DNA of 52,812 bases, the filler included, from Basidioascus undulatus (taxonomy: Eukaryota): assembly GCA_000826855.1 (NCBI GenBank). It is 4 parts of 4 records of this genome, joined end to end, with 100 filler letters (N's around TTAATTAATTAA, not from the genome) between each part and the next. Parts side by side here need not be neighbours in the genome. Positions count along the whole stretch, not along the records: positions 13,237 to 26,363 come from JTLS01000839.1; positions 26,464 to 39,589 come from JTLS01000840.1; 2 more parts are not named here. One strand, written 5' to 3'. Below the pieces are notes generated by a model that ran no database searches, was not told the origin of the DNA, and was given only the letters and a program-made list of their open reading frames with translations. Within the stretch, counting starts at the first letter, position 1. Every line of letters begins with the position of its first letter. Position numbers and translations under genes: made by a program. This document shows, one piece after another, positions 23,777-36,300 of the stretch.

Positions 23777-25424
23777 ATGGCTACGGACAGGCTGGGGGCG
23801 CACAGGGTAAGTACGCTTCCCTGCGCCACCCGAGTTCCCAGCAGAAGGCAGAGCTCGGTAACCCTAAGCTGACGTTGGCCCGGCATGAACAGTCTCGCCA
23901 GAATGCGTCCGCGTGCGTGCCGCAGGCGGGGATTGAACCTCGATGGTCACAGACTGAACCTCGTGCTGCGCTGCTTTGAAGAACCACCGGAATCGGACAA
24001 GCGCTCTCCACACCTTCATTTTCCGCGCAGAACCAATCTCCGAGCGAGGGCGACAGGCATGAGCTTACGGCCGTGCGACGGGCGGGGGAGCTCCCGCGGA
24101 ACATGCCGTCCTTCCTTACCAAGGTGTGTTCCCGTCCACCACCGCGTAGGCACCTCGATATGGGGGAAAGCTCATCTTCATTTCATTGGGGCGTCTTATC
24201 AGATCTCCGGTCTCCAAAATTCCATCAAGACGCTCCGCACGAACATCTCGAACATCGCGGCGCTGCGCACCCAACGGCTGAACGCGGCGGACGAAGCGTC
24301 GTCTCAGCGAGCCGAGTCGGAGCTCGAGAGTCTCGCGTCCGAGACCAGGAGCCTAACGGCTCGACTGAGCGATGAGATTAGGGCGCTCTCGGAACAGACC
24401 GCGGCGGGGGGGTGGACGGCGAGAGACGTGAATGTTCGGAAGACGCAGGTGCGCCCTTTCTCCCTTGAGATGGTGGGAGTGTTCCGGGACTGACGTACTG
24501 AGTAGAAAATCCAGCTTGGAGCCGTCAAGTCGAAGTTCTTGGAGGCTATTCAGGAGTACCAGAAGGTCGAGAGGGACGGGCGGGAGCGGGAGCGTGCGCA
24601 GATGGAGAGACAGTATCGGATGGGTGCGCTGGGCGCTGTCCTCATTCAATTAACTGAGATTGCAGATGCTGAAATATGGAGACTGCTTGGACATCTCAGT
24701 GAATCCGATGGCCACCGAGGCCGAAGTGCAGCAGGTGCTCGACTCGCCCTCCGGCGGAGGTCAAGTCTTCTCTCAATATGTGCGTCGCCTTAACATCTTG
24801 GAGCAGCCTCTTCCAACTTACCCTTTGATTGACGGGTTGTGCACAGCTCCATACGCCCGCGTCCAGGAGCGGCACGAGGACATTCGCAAGATTGAGGCGA
24901 CGCTGATTGACCTGCAGCAGCTGTCCAACGACGTGAATTGGATCTGGGTCCTAGTGTTGACCTTAGTGTCACTGCTAATTTGTCCTTATCATTCACAGAT
25001 GTCGATGGTGATCGAGCGGGACGAGGAGACGCTTAGGCCTGTTAATGACAATGTAAAGGGCGCTGAGAACGATATGGAAGCCGGGTGCGCATCACACCTC
25101 TTCTTCACGCTTCTGGACAGAGAAAAGATCGGATTTTTGACGAGAATGCTTTCCTCAATTCCTGACCAGGGCCAATCACTTGACAGAAGCCCGAAACTGG
25201 GCACGGGTAGCGCGCAAGAAGCGATGGATCTGCTGCGTCCTGTGCACGATCATCATCATCGGTAAGTTTTCCCTTTCCACAGGCTTGCGATCTTCTTGTT
25301 GATTTTTTTCCTACTTGATATTTGAGCTGAGACTCGTGTTCTGGTGTTTGCAGTCCTCACGATTGTGCTTGCGATCACGATCCCACCGCTTGTCAACAGG
25401 GACAACAACAACAGTCAGAGGTGA
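23777..25424 (+). pseudogene. Sso1/2-type plasma-membrane syntaxin (Qa-SNARE), probably pseudogenised
   Basis: MATDRL start, Habc (KFLEAIQEYQKVE..RERAQMERQYRMVNPMATEAEV), VQERHEDIRKIE SNARE start, and ARKKRWICC plus a TM anchor. In-frame TGA at 23977-23979. Removing the 67-nt intron 24780-24846 shifts the frame. Zero-layer Gln is absent. Confidence 0.8.
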
Positions 25425-26302
25425 CGACGGGTTATTGAGGGGAAAGAGAAAGGACATTGGGATTTGGAGGGAGTGCGGGGTGTTTTGGGAGAGGAAGTCT
25501 GGTTCACTGCGGAGAAGCGGTGCGGGGGTGCGGCAAAGAGAGTAGGGAGACTGGCAAAGGCGCAGTGGCACGCGTAGACAGTCACATTAATACTGAATGG
25601 AAATTAATCATACAAAACTCTCCTAATCATCCCTTGGTTTGAGTAAGAGAAAACCCTTGTGATGTTACAACATGATAGACGAATGCACGAACATACGTCA
25701 ACATGTATTGTGTTGGTGTGCCAGCGCCTGTTGTGCTGAAGAAATGAATTGATCCAGAGTTCTGGACCAGTCATGTTTGAATCCTTTATAAAGGCAATGA
25801 ATGTGCCGAGGAATGAGGAATATAAAGTCAATGCAGGCTCCAGGGCCAGTTAAGGATCGACCGCCTACTTTTAGGCTGAGTATATCCTGCTTATATCGTG
25901 GAGAACTGAAGATGCCTTTGTAGTCTTTCAGATCAACAACCTTTTTTTTCAAATGCAACCGAGCACCGAAAACAAAACAAGAGGGTCGACGGGCAATGGC
26001 AGAGTAGTTGTTTGACTGACATGTCTGTTTGCTCTCGACCCACAAACAGATACTTCCCCCTCCCTATATCACGAAATCTCTTTCCTTCCAAATCTCGTCA
26101 TACTGTTCAGCTCTACAAATCAGGCAGCGAAAGTTGAAATGCGAGACTCGCTGCGGGGTGAAACCCTAACCGCGCGTCCGCACCCGGCACTCTCCAATCG
26201 CCGTGTCCAACCGTGTCACTGGCACTCCTGGCCTTGCTCGCTCGGCGTGCATCCGGCCACACTCTCTTCTCTCCTCCATCCCTTCCCATACCCACCCCTA
26301 GC

Positions 26303-26363
26303 ATGAGCGCTCCCCCCGCTCCCGCTCCCGCCACAACCTCCTCGATCCTGTCGGGCTCTTCAC
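26303..26363 (+). CDS. Probable start of an unidentified gene cut by the contig end
   Basis: ATG after a pyrimidine-rich 5' UTR-like tract; MSAPPAPAPATTSSILSGSS runs into the spacer. Confidence 0.35.
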
Positions 26364-26463
26364 NNNNNNNNNNNNNNNNNNNNNNNNNNNNNNNNNNNNN
26401 NNNNNNNTTAATTAATTAANNNNNNNNNNNNNNNNNNNNNNNNNNNNNNNNNNNNNNNNNNNN
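26364..26463. other. Artificial contig spacer (N44-TTAATTAATTAA-N44)
   Basis: Same 100-bp linker. Confidence 0.98.
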
Positions 26464-27106
26464 GGGGGAGAAGAAGGGCAGTCGAGGGGCAGATGGAGGA
26501 GAGGAGGGAGAGCGAGGTCGGGTACTGGGAGGAGGGGGAGGGCGCCCCCGTGGAAGGGGAGAGAAGCGTGTTGAGCATCAGGGAGAGGAGGAGCCGGCGC
26601 CGGACCGTGTCGGGCAAGGGCGGCGACGGCGGGGCGTCGTTTGTGGGAGGGGTGGCCGTCCCGTGCGAAGACGAGGGGCGGCTGGAGGCGAGCGGGGAGG
26701 ATGCCCTGACGATGGCGGAGAACGGCTGATCGGGCTGGACGAGCATCGCACGTACGACCTTCTCAAGCCCATCCGCCTTGCCGCGCGCGCCCTTAGCGCG
26801 CTGGTGGCCCGCGGCGACATCGCCCGGGCGGCGGGGGACCTTTCCCTCGTACCCTGGTATGTTGTCGTCCTCTCCGCCCCACTGCTTCCAGCCCTCCTCG
26901 CAGCGCGCCTCGGCGTGCATCCAGAGAAGGTGGTCCAGGATGAGCGTGCGCGTAGACTTTGTGGGCGCGGGGAGGGTCGAGAGCGTCACGGAGGTGGTCG
27001 AGGGCGCGGTCGGGTGGGAGGGGAACGCGAGGCGCTGCGTCGGCGTCGTGTGCGCGCTGTCGGGCTCGGTCTGCGGCATCAGGATGTACGGCACCGTCGG
27101 CGCCAT
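26464..27106 (-). CDS. 5' part of a hypothetical protein, truncated by the contig end
   Basis: Open GC3-rich frame from GCCATGG at 27106: MAPTVPYILMP...KSTRTLILDHLLWMHAEAR...ADGLEKVVRAML...LPDTVRRRLLLSLMLNTLL. Family not confidently assigned. Confidence 0.7.
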
Positions 27107-29780
27107 GGCTGCTGCTGTTGTTTTCTGTTGTCGTCGTGCCCAGTAGCGGAGGTGGCGAGTCTACGGACGAGCAAAGAGGGGTCAGCGATCAAAGGTGCAA
27201 GTGAAAGTCGGCCTGGGTCGGCGCAGCCTCGGGGCGTGCTGCACACAGCCGTTGCATCCGCCCCGGCCTGCTCCGAGCGTCGCTCATTGCTCAACGATAA
27301 CGACTCACTGCCTCGAATCTACAAGTGCGCCTCTGTGGGGTGCGCCGCCGGCGAAGGGTATTTCGGTGAGAGAGTTGGGCGGGTATGGATGGAGATGGGC
27401 GGAGTGAGAGCAGCGGTGTTCAGTTCGAGAGTCGGTATCTGTGCGTTATCGGGACGAAGCGGGGGTCAGCAGCCGCCATGCTGCGTCTTCACGAAAGTCG
27501 CAGTCTTCTTCTCTCACCTACGCGCGCACTCCTCGAATATTCCACTCGATCTACGATCTACCAACCTCTAATTCGAGTCCGTCCTACGTGCGTATATTTA
27601 TTTGCGTATCGTGTCGATGACGGTCAGCGGGCAGGTCGCTGCATGCAGTTCCTGCGCATGGACTCGCGGCCCGTCCGGGACACCCGAACTTGGCCGCCGA
27701 AACAGCACGTGGCCTTCGCCCGAACTTACACAATCACTAATGGCTTCCTAATGGCACTTTCAAGTGCCTTCGTATTGTTTGTTCGCTTTGTTACATGCTG
27801 GACTGCGCCCCCTTGCGAGCACATGCACCACGCTACCTCCTGGCGTGGTGGCCGCTTCGGCACTTGGCCGTAGCACGTTTGACCACCGCGGCGGCGCGGA
27901 GACCGGTACACACGCCCCGGTCGACCCGTCGTCTCCTCACCACCGATCTTCGCTCACCATGAACTTGGGCTGGCTCGGCCCAAATTATGATGGTGCCGCA
28001 GCGTCCTTGCCCGAGAGAAGGTCTCGATACATAAACCTCCGTTTCATGAACACGCTTGCCGGTCAAGTGGCGGGAAGTCCTGCGGGTAGTCCGGACGACT
28101 GAACCGGACGACCTACCGCACACGGCCTTTACACAGGTTTGCTCTAAATGCCTCTGAGGGATCAACCAATACTTCTTAGAGAAATGTTAATTCTGGGATC
28201 ATAGAAACGAGGGTGAGCTACGCTAGCGGAACGTCAGCAGCCACCTCTCTCAAGCTTCCTTCCTACAGTAACGTTCCACCAACTCATGGGGTATGTTAGT
28301 CGCTCCCAATATTCATGAACATCATACCTCTTATGTCGAGTGCCGCCTTCTTGAGGAAGGTGTGGGGCTTGCCTACTAATAGTTGAAATGGATGCCAGTG
28401 CATCGCATCGAGGCTGCACTCCCATGCGGAAGAAGGGCAATTTTCACACTGAATGGTGAACTACATGCTAAAAAAGGTATCTCAGTAATCTACCTCCCAC
28501 ATTTAGAACACTGAAAGAGCTCATCGACGCAGACCTGGCAAACGCAGCAGCACAAACTCTGAACCAACTGCGGCACGGCCTTGCATTGCTGTACGCAACC
28601 CACTGGTCTTTCTTGCGCCGTGCGGGACTTGTTCTTGTTCGGACTTATAGTCCTCAGCATGCTTCCGTGTTGTTCTGCTCCAAACACCCTTAACCATGGC
28701 CTCACCGTGCTGCGGGCCGCGGACAAGTACTAAGCCCCACTGGTCGCAGTCCACATTGCAGAGCACCTGCTGTTCCTCCTTCCCAAGCATATCGAGAGAT
28801 CAATCGCTGTCTAGAGTGCCGTGAGCAGCATGGGCCTTGACCATGCGGCGGATATCGCGTTTGAACAGGCGGCCCGGCAGCCGCTTTGGGGACTCGACAA
28901 GGCGCTGGTGCAAGAGATGGGTTTGGCTGGTATCGCAAGCTCGTGGAGGCACATCTGACTTCCTGCGTATAGCCAATACTCTTGGAAGGAGGGATACTCG
29001 AGCCTGGTCTTGAATGTAAGTTATCCCTTGCGATTCTGGACATGGGATGGACCTTTGCTGATGGCTCAAGTAGGCCTGCGCATTCGGCAAGCTCTGACCC
29101 GCCCGGGGCGGTCGTATTTTTCGCTACACTCATTGCGTGGTTGATTGTTTGTATCTGTGGTAAGCTGGTCAGGTGTTACCTTTGCCACCGCTCAACAGCT
29201 GCTGTTCACCATCAGACACTGCCAACCTGCAGCGGTCTCGGTCGAACTCGAAAGTCTTGCTGTGCCTCCCTTCTATCGAACCATCGTGCGCTAAGTTGGG
29301 AAAAGTCTGTGAAACATCATTCTGATTTCTCTCTGGTCGCCAGGTGAAAGTTTGCGGCCCGGCTGTCCGCACCGGTGTATTTTTCAAGAGGCGCTTTCTC
29401 TAAATTCGATCACCGTCGTCAACCCAGCCGGTCATGCCCTTTATTTTCCGTTGAGGGAGACCTAAATGAATTTGGCATTCTTCTTCTTGGGTGCATTGTT
29501 ACATGAACCAATTCATCTGACGTGATCCCTGTACACTGCCCCTGTTGACTCGCCAACTTGACCATGTGGAGGATTCGCTAATGGAACTGTTCGACTATTT
29601 GGAGCACACAGAAACCTTCGCGGGTAACGTATTCATGGATGGCGCTTTCGGGTTGAACGCCGCCTCGCCGAGGCGCACACCGCTTAACCTCTTGCCACCA
29701 CCTTCCAACGCCACCTTCCACTGCCCGCTCCATACGCACACGCTGAACCAGTCCATAGACTCGTATTCCTTCATAATAAA

Positions 29781-30800
29781 ATGGGCCCTTCATCGCTGCT
29801 CTCGCTCCCTAACGAGCTCCTCACTGACATCCGCAACGCACTCTCCGAGCTCGGCGACCTGGTTGCTTTCTCTCACACCTGCTCCCGTCTACGGAGCATT
29901 TGCAAAGGGGATTTCGCTTCTCAGGCGGGCTGATCCAACGTACTCTGGATGCACTCGAAGGTGCTCTGCCTGCTGTTCGGCGTTCTCGCCAATCCTTCGC
30001 TCTGCACTAAGATCGAAGATTTTGACATGTCCTGCTGGGCTTCATACTTCCCGCAGTGGCATGGGGAGTATGTCGACAGGGTACTGTGAGTCTGAGAACC
30101 CGTCTGTCGCTCCCAGGATTCCACGCTCCGTGTGGTTGCTGAGTTCCTGACTGCTGCATGTGCACAGCGTGAAGAGTTACTGGCAAAGCTCGGCCAGGCT
30201 GTGAGAATGATGCCGAAGCTCCGCGCTTTATCTGTTGACTTCCCGGAGCCGCTCTCGCTCAACCCAACGCTGTTGTCGATATCCGCTTTGTGCGATGACT
30301 CGCGGTTCCTCTCCGCGGCAATCCAGCCGATGCCTTTCGAGTTTGATCGGCTAGGGCTCACCAACCTCGCTACCCTCGCAATATCTACAATGTCCTCTGA
30401 GATGATACAGTCCCTTTGTACTGCGAGCCTCGTACTCAGTGGACCGCGGCGGCGCTGCAGTGGCGTGACATCCTCGAGCGCGAGATGTCGACACTAAGGC
30501 AATTGTGTCTCACGATCGGACTTGATCTACTAGAATCTTTCTTTCCCCACCAGAGTTTGTCCTTGAGTTTCCGCGTCTGTTACTCGAGGGCGTTGACTTC
30601 TTCGTCTTCGCGTGCTGAGGTTGAGGGTCAGATCGCTAGAGCGAATCGACAGTTGGGTGGAGGAGTTAAGTGATGATGAGGATGAGGACGATCTAGAGTC
30701 TGCTTGGGCCGACGACATGCGCTGGTCGCTTGAAGGCTTGGAGATGTGGCTGAGGAGCGCGTTCTCTGTCGAGAGGGATGGACTTGGACATCGATCTTGA
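29781..30800 (+). pseudogene. F-box protein pseudogene
   Basis: MGPSSLLSLPNELLTDIRNALSELGDLVAFSHTCSRLRSIC is an F-box. In-frame TGA at 29931-29933, after which the frame resumes (LANPSLCTKIEDF). LRR-like MPKLRALSVDF follows an intron, and the 3' region is split over three frames. The F-box is not in the ORF track. Confidence 0.75.
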
Positions 30801-31222
30801 TGAGCCTGGGGACAGATGAGCCTGGGGACCCTGTGCCATGCCTTTACTTTTCCGCATTCGTGAAGTAATGTATTGTCGGTCTCTTTCTTTATGTATTTAC
30901 AAATTGTGCTTTGACTTATCGGGCTCAAAAGGTCTTCCTGGAGTCCACCGGATTAAGCGAGGCAGACACCTCGCGCACGTTGCCTTAGAGCCAGAAGCTG
31001 GGAGCCTAATGGAAAGCTCCATCCTTGGACCATTTCTAACACTAGGTCAACAGCGTTTGCCCAGGAGAAAGGGGAATCAAGACTTTTGTAAACCCGGTGC
31101 AGCCGTCGGCGAAATAGTACATTTCATTTCGCGAATATGATATCACGCGTTTGATCGCCGTCTTCGCGCTCCTTAGGGTCTTGCACGCGACGCGCCCCTC
31201 ACGCTCCAGTTCCCCATTTCCC

Positions 31223-32506
31223 ATGTCCCAGCTCGAAATGACCGAGTTCAATAACATCGGTTGGTCCGATAATCTCAAAGGTAGCCCGGGACAAGGCTGA
31301 TATGGTATGAGCTGCGTAGGGGCGTTTGAGTGGAAGGATGAGTACGACGTCGTGCTGGAGAAGATCGCGGACCTGGACATCGTAGAGTGCATTTGCAGAT
31401 GCTTTATTTCTCAGATCTTCATTGGAAATGCTGAACCTGCACCCTCAGAACCCCCTGGACCGACCTCCGCACGATCCTCGAGCAGAAGCTCCGACGCAAC
31501 GTCGACCGCTTCCTGACCTCCCCTCCGCCCCCACGCCCACCTTCCGCGAACCCCCCCACACCTGCACGCCCTCCGCCATCCTCCGCGTCGACGGACTCGG
31601 TCCTTCTTGGTCCGCGGGGACAACCGTCTTTGCTTGCGGGACCGCCGCACGTCATCCCCCCGCGCCGCCCGGCGCGACCGGAGGAGTGGAGCAAGGAGGA
31701 GGTTGAGGAGGAGTGGCGCCGGGTTAAGGAGTTGATGGACGAGTTTGAGGAGTGCGTTTGTGATCCCCTGGGTGGCCTTTGTGGATGTGGGCTTACAGCG
31801 GGGGGGCTAAAGCGAGCCCCCCTTTACCATCCAGCGCCTCGTCGAGCTCGCCCTGCACCCTTATCCCGGCGCGCGCGGGGGCTACCAAACCCTACCGCGC
31901 TACTTCCGTGCTTTGTCGCGCGTCCTCCTTGTGACCTCCCCCCGGAGCGCCTACCCGCTCGACACGTTCTCCCTCCCCTCTTCGAGCACCGGCGCGGGGC
32001 CGCCGCCGGTCGACCTCCCCTCCGCGTCCGCGGCCCGCTCGCCCTCGCAGAGCCCCCTCTTCTCCCCCATCCCCTTCCTCAGCGACAAGGGCAGCGACCG
32101 GGACGTCTCCCCGCTGCCGTCCCCCTCGCGGCCCACCAACGGCGCGGCGTCGGGAGTGGGCGAGGAGGAGCCTGCGGGCCCGGGGAGCAGCGGAGGTAGC
32201 CCCCCGCCCAGCCCTGCCGCCCACCCGCTCAGCCCCAAGCTCGGGATCGTCGACGAGCTGGATGCCGGCGATGGGAAGGTCGCGGAGGAGCCGGTTAGTC
32301 TGAGCGCGACGACGACGCTCCCGCTTAGCGAGCGGTTTGTGCGGTCGGAGGAGGAGGGCGAGGGCGGGGAGCGGAAGAGGGTGAGGAAGGAAGGGGACGA
32401 AGAGGAGAAAGAAGATGGGGGAGGAGCGGAAGGGAACGGTGGGAAGGGCAAGGAGGAAGAGGGAGCGGAGAAGAAGGATGATGGGGATAAGATGGACACG
32501 GAGTAA
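31223..32506 (+). CDS. PPP4R2: Protein phosphatase 4 regulatory subunit R2 (PPP4R2/Psy4-like)
   Basis: Spliced: FEWKDEYDVVLEKIA...ETPWTDLRTILEQKLRRNVDRFL...LMDEFEDEPPFTIQRLVELALHP...YFRALSRVLLVTS...SPLFSPIPFL...LGIVDELD, plus an acidic tail. Confidence 0.88.
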
Positions 32507-33323
32507 CGATCTTGCGACTTTTCACTTTTTAAACATCAGGGTATTCATCGCGTGGCCTGCGTTCGACCCGGTCATGCTGCCTGCCGTTCTCTCGTACCAC
32601 CGTGGGTCCATTTTTTTTTTTTTTTTCCGAACGCCCCGGCGGCTGTGCAGCCTCTATCTTGATCTCTCCTTCCGCTTTCCTTCCGTCCTCTTCCATTTGT
32701 TGAGCCTTTTGACCACTTCGTTTCGGGGGTTCGAAACATTTAATGCCGCAGAACGGACTCCTACGCCGGTTCAGACCGTTTTCGTTCGGGTCCACGCACG
32801 CTCGCAAACCCGCAATTGACCAGAGACGTTTCATGGACAAGCATGCGAAATGCCGAATGTCTCCTCGGAAAAAGAAACTAGATTAACAGAACGAGTTCGT
32901 ACGAGATACCCCGAGCTCGTCCGTCTGCCCAGATGCATCCTCGAAACAACAGGGACGCCGGACGGCCCGATCCGTACGTGTGATGGCGACGGGCGGGAGA
33001 ACGCTGTGCATACTACTACCCTTTCGGCTCCCGGTCGGAGGGCACGAGGGTGGAAGTGGTGGATTGGGTCAATTGCTGCTCGACGCCGCAGGGCTTTTCG
33101 TCACCACTGCCTTCCTCTGAGTCGCCTTTTGAGTGCCCTGGGACTGCTATACGCTAAATCACACCTGACCCACACTTGTCCAGTCACACAGCAGCTTCAC
33201 ACAGCTACATCCTTGCGTCGTACTGGGTTTGATATTCATGCCACATCTTTCCTAACCGACAACACTGAGACTCCACAGCTCACTCCAGTCATTGTGCTTT
33301 CACTTTCCAGACGCTTCCCATCC

Positions 33324-36300
33324 TCACACGGGTCCGTATCCGCGCAGCTCCGCCCACCCTGGGCTCTCGACCGCCTCCGTGACGCCCTTTCCGGAGGCAA
33401 GGACGGTGCGGGGCGAGAGCTCTAGAGAGGCGATCTTGGCGCCCTCCGCATCTGTCGATGTCCCAGAAGAGCACAGTCAGCACTATCGTCATGCCCTCGG
33501 CGAAAGTGATTGATCGTACCGAGACTCCACAGCGCTAGGACGAGCACGTTGTGGCCGCGGTGGTCCAGAATCCTGCGAGCAGAAGCAATATGAGTACGAG
33601 AAAGAAGTTCGCGTGTGTTTCAGACGCACCCCTCGGGAATCGGGTACACAGTCTGTGGGCCGTAGTTGTTGGTGTATCTGCGCCCGGCACAGAACCATCA
33701 GCTCGCAATGCATACAGGCTTCCGACGCAGCCATCGGACGTACCGTCCATACTCCCACCCGTTCACCCAGATCCGCGCACGGTAGTTGCTCCCGGGCGTC
33801 TGTCCGAAAGTAAGATCCAGAGGGACGTCCGCGTCCTCGGGCAGGTCAAGGTCGAACTCGATCCGGAACGCGCGAACGCCTGCGCTGGGAATCCCGTCCG
33901 TGACGGGGCTCCCGGGGGTCCAGGACGAGGCGTCGTAACCCGGGAGATGCCCACCTGAAAGCACATACCGTTTATGAGCTCATCCTGGGCCAGCGAACGA
34001 GAATGCAGCAACTTGGGCATACCGATGCGCTCGACATAAAGACCGCCCTCATTGTATGGCCCGCGGACCAGCTGCAGAGTTGTATGGAATTCAGTAATGG
34101 CTAGTAGGCTACCGGAAAACTGTGGACTCACATCAGGAGCATTCTCTCCCCCGACATTGCCGGTTATCGTCCAGTGGGAGAATTCACCGCCGGTCAGGTT
34201 GTACCCTCGCACGCCACGCGGACTCTGCAAAAATAATGGATCAGCGGGGCACTAGTTACAGGTAATACGGAAAACACACCTTGAACTCGTCGTCCACCTG
34301 GAAAAATCAAACTGGGTTAGCAGATACAGCGGGTGCCTGCCGACAAAGAGAGCGCGCGAACATTGTAGTCCTGGTTCAACCCCGTACTGTCCGAGATCTG
34401 GGATAGCCGTCAATTTGAGCCCTTATCAGAAGTGGGAAGACTGCTCAAGTGAAACTCCTACGTACGATTGTCAAGACGTTCGTGCCCTCGTTAAGGATCT
34501 CCTGCGGGAAGGTGAGGGTCGTGTTGACGTTGTCCGTCCCGCCTTGCTTGCTGCTCGTGCCTTGACCGGATTCGAGGAATTGGCCGTTGAGGAAGGCGCT
34601 GAAGCCGAAGCTGTATCCTGAAAAGGGAAAATGGCGGTCAGAAAAGCGGAACAGCCGGGAAACTTGGATCGACGCACCTCCTTGGACGGAGATGTCGACG
34701 GCCGTCGCACTCGTGCCGTTGAAGTATCCACGTGTGATGAAGGTGCCTGGAAGAGTCTGAGACGAATTTTGCGGAAAAGGTGCTTTATGAGTCACTCACC
34801 AGCATGGAAGGCGTACTCGCTGGCGTAGAGAACGTTCTGTGCGAACATCCAATGAGAAAGGTGACTGCGGGCGATAAGAGAACAAGATTCACCTTCCCCC
34901 CGAAAGGCTGCTGGGGGCGATGAGTCTCCGTCTTGTTTGCGACGACAAATTCCACGTCATCAAAGTCGGATTGGACTTCCGGCAGCGAGTCGATCCAGGT
35001 CCATTCCAGCTCGTCGAGTTTCGGGACCTTGGCCTCCACGCCATCGAGCTCCCAGGCGATGTCGCCCTGCAGCCAGCCGAGCTCGTTCTTCTGGACGTCG
35101 ACCGGCTCGCCGTTCCAGGTCACCGAGGTGACCTCGGCCGGAGCGAGGATCTGGACGGTGGTCGTCCCGTTTGTGTCGCCGACGAGGTCGAGCGTCGAGC
35201 TGGACACCGAAGCGGAGCGGACGAGATACGGCCCGCTCACGAGGACGGAGGGAGAGAAGGGCGCGAGCGAGTACTTGTTGAGGAAGGGCTGGAAGATCGC
35301 GCTCGCGGTCTTCTTGTCTAGCACGAGGATCGAGAAGTCCGGGAACGTCGCGAGCGTGCGGTGGGACGAGGACAGCGAGCCGTACAGGGTAACCAGCTGT
35401 GCGTGTACGACGTCAGCGCAAACCGGTATGGTTTTTGAAAGGAACTATATTCAAAGCGCCTACACCGTCGGAGGCGGTTGACTCAAGCCCTTCCGAGCCA
35501 GAGAGCGTGACAGTCGAGCTGTCCGAAACCTCGACAGCGACCTCGACATCTTGGCCCTCGAGCGCGTACAGGACAAGCACGTCGCTTGCGTCGACGGTCA
35601 ACCAAGTCGCAACCTTTCCGGAGTCACAGTCAGCGCAGGCTTTGAAACACAAAACAGAGAGGGCTGGAAACCGGTGTGCACCTCGGCTGTCGAATAGCGA
35701 AGCTTGTGCGAGCCGAAGGTGTAGTCGCTGACAAAGATCTTGCTCTCCCTACCCGCAAGGCGAGCAGTCCCACCGTGCCGAGGAACGGTAATCTCGCCCT
35801 CCGCAGTCGTGTTGACGCGAAGCGTGAAGTCGGTGTCCGCGGTGTTGCTGTCACAGAGTCATCGCTTTCAGCTACGTATCCCGGATGTGAGCACTTACGA
35901 AATTGAGGTACGAACTTGTTGGTCGTCTGGCGAACGATGTAGAAATTGAAGCCGTCCTCATTGCCCAGGTGAGTGGTGTAAATGCTGTCGGAGTCGCTGT
36001 AGGCCGTTCCCTCGGCGGTCGAGCCGTTCCCGATGCGCTCAGCGGTGAGGAGATCCGGAGAGGCGTGGAGAAAGAGGGCTTTGGGATATCGGCGAACGTG
36101 AGAAGGCGCGAAACAGTGCGAAGCGAGACAGCTGCGACGAACCGAGAAGCCTGATCTCGGCGTGTTTCGGCGTCAAGGTGCGGTCCTCCTGTAGGGCAGT
36201 GAGCGAAAGAGTGTAGTACCACCAAGCAGATACACATACAGAGACCGCTGCACCGTAGTCGTACCTGCAACGTTCTTCCAGTCAGTACGGTAGCACAGCC

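Noticed and set aside
28000..29133. Minus-strand Cys-rich fragments (CCCVCQVCVDELFQCSKC) as a zinc-finger gene
   Set aside because: Fragments lie in different frames with no coherent splice model or recognisable family; may be a relic but is unsupported.
23977..29933. In-frame TGA codons (syntaxin, F-box) as selenocysteine, readthrough or an alternative genetic code
   Set aside because: TGA is the normal terminator of many intact genes here, and the affected genes also carry frameshifts.
31380..31640. Apparent frameshifts in PPP4R2 suggested by the ORF track
   Set aside because: Resolved by an intron at about 31387-31448, giving the intact TPWTDLRTILEQKL frame.
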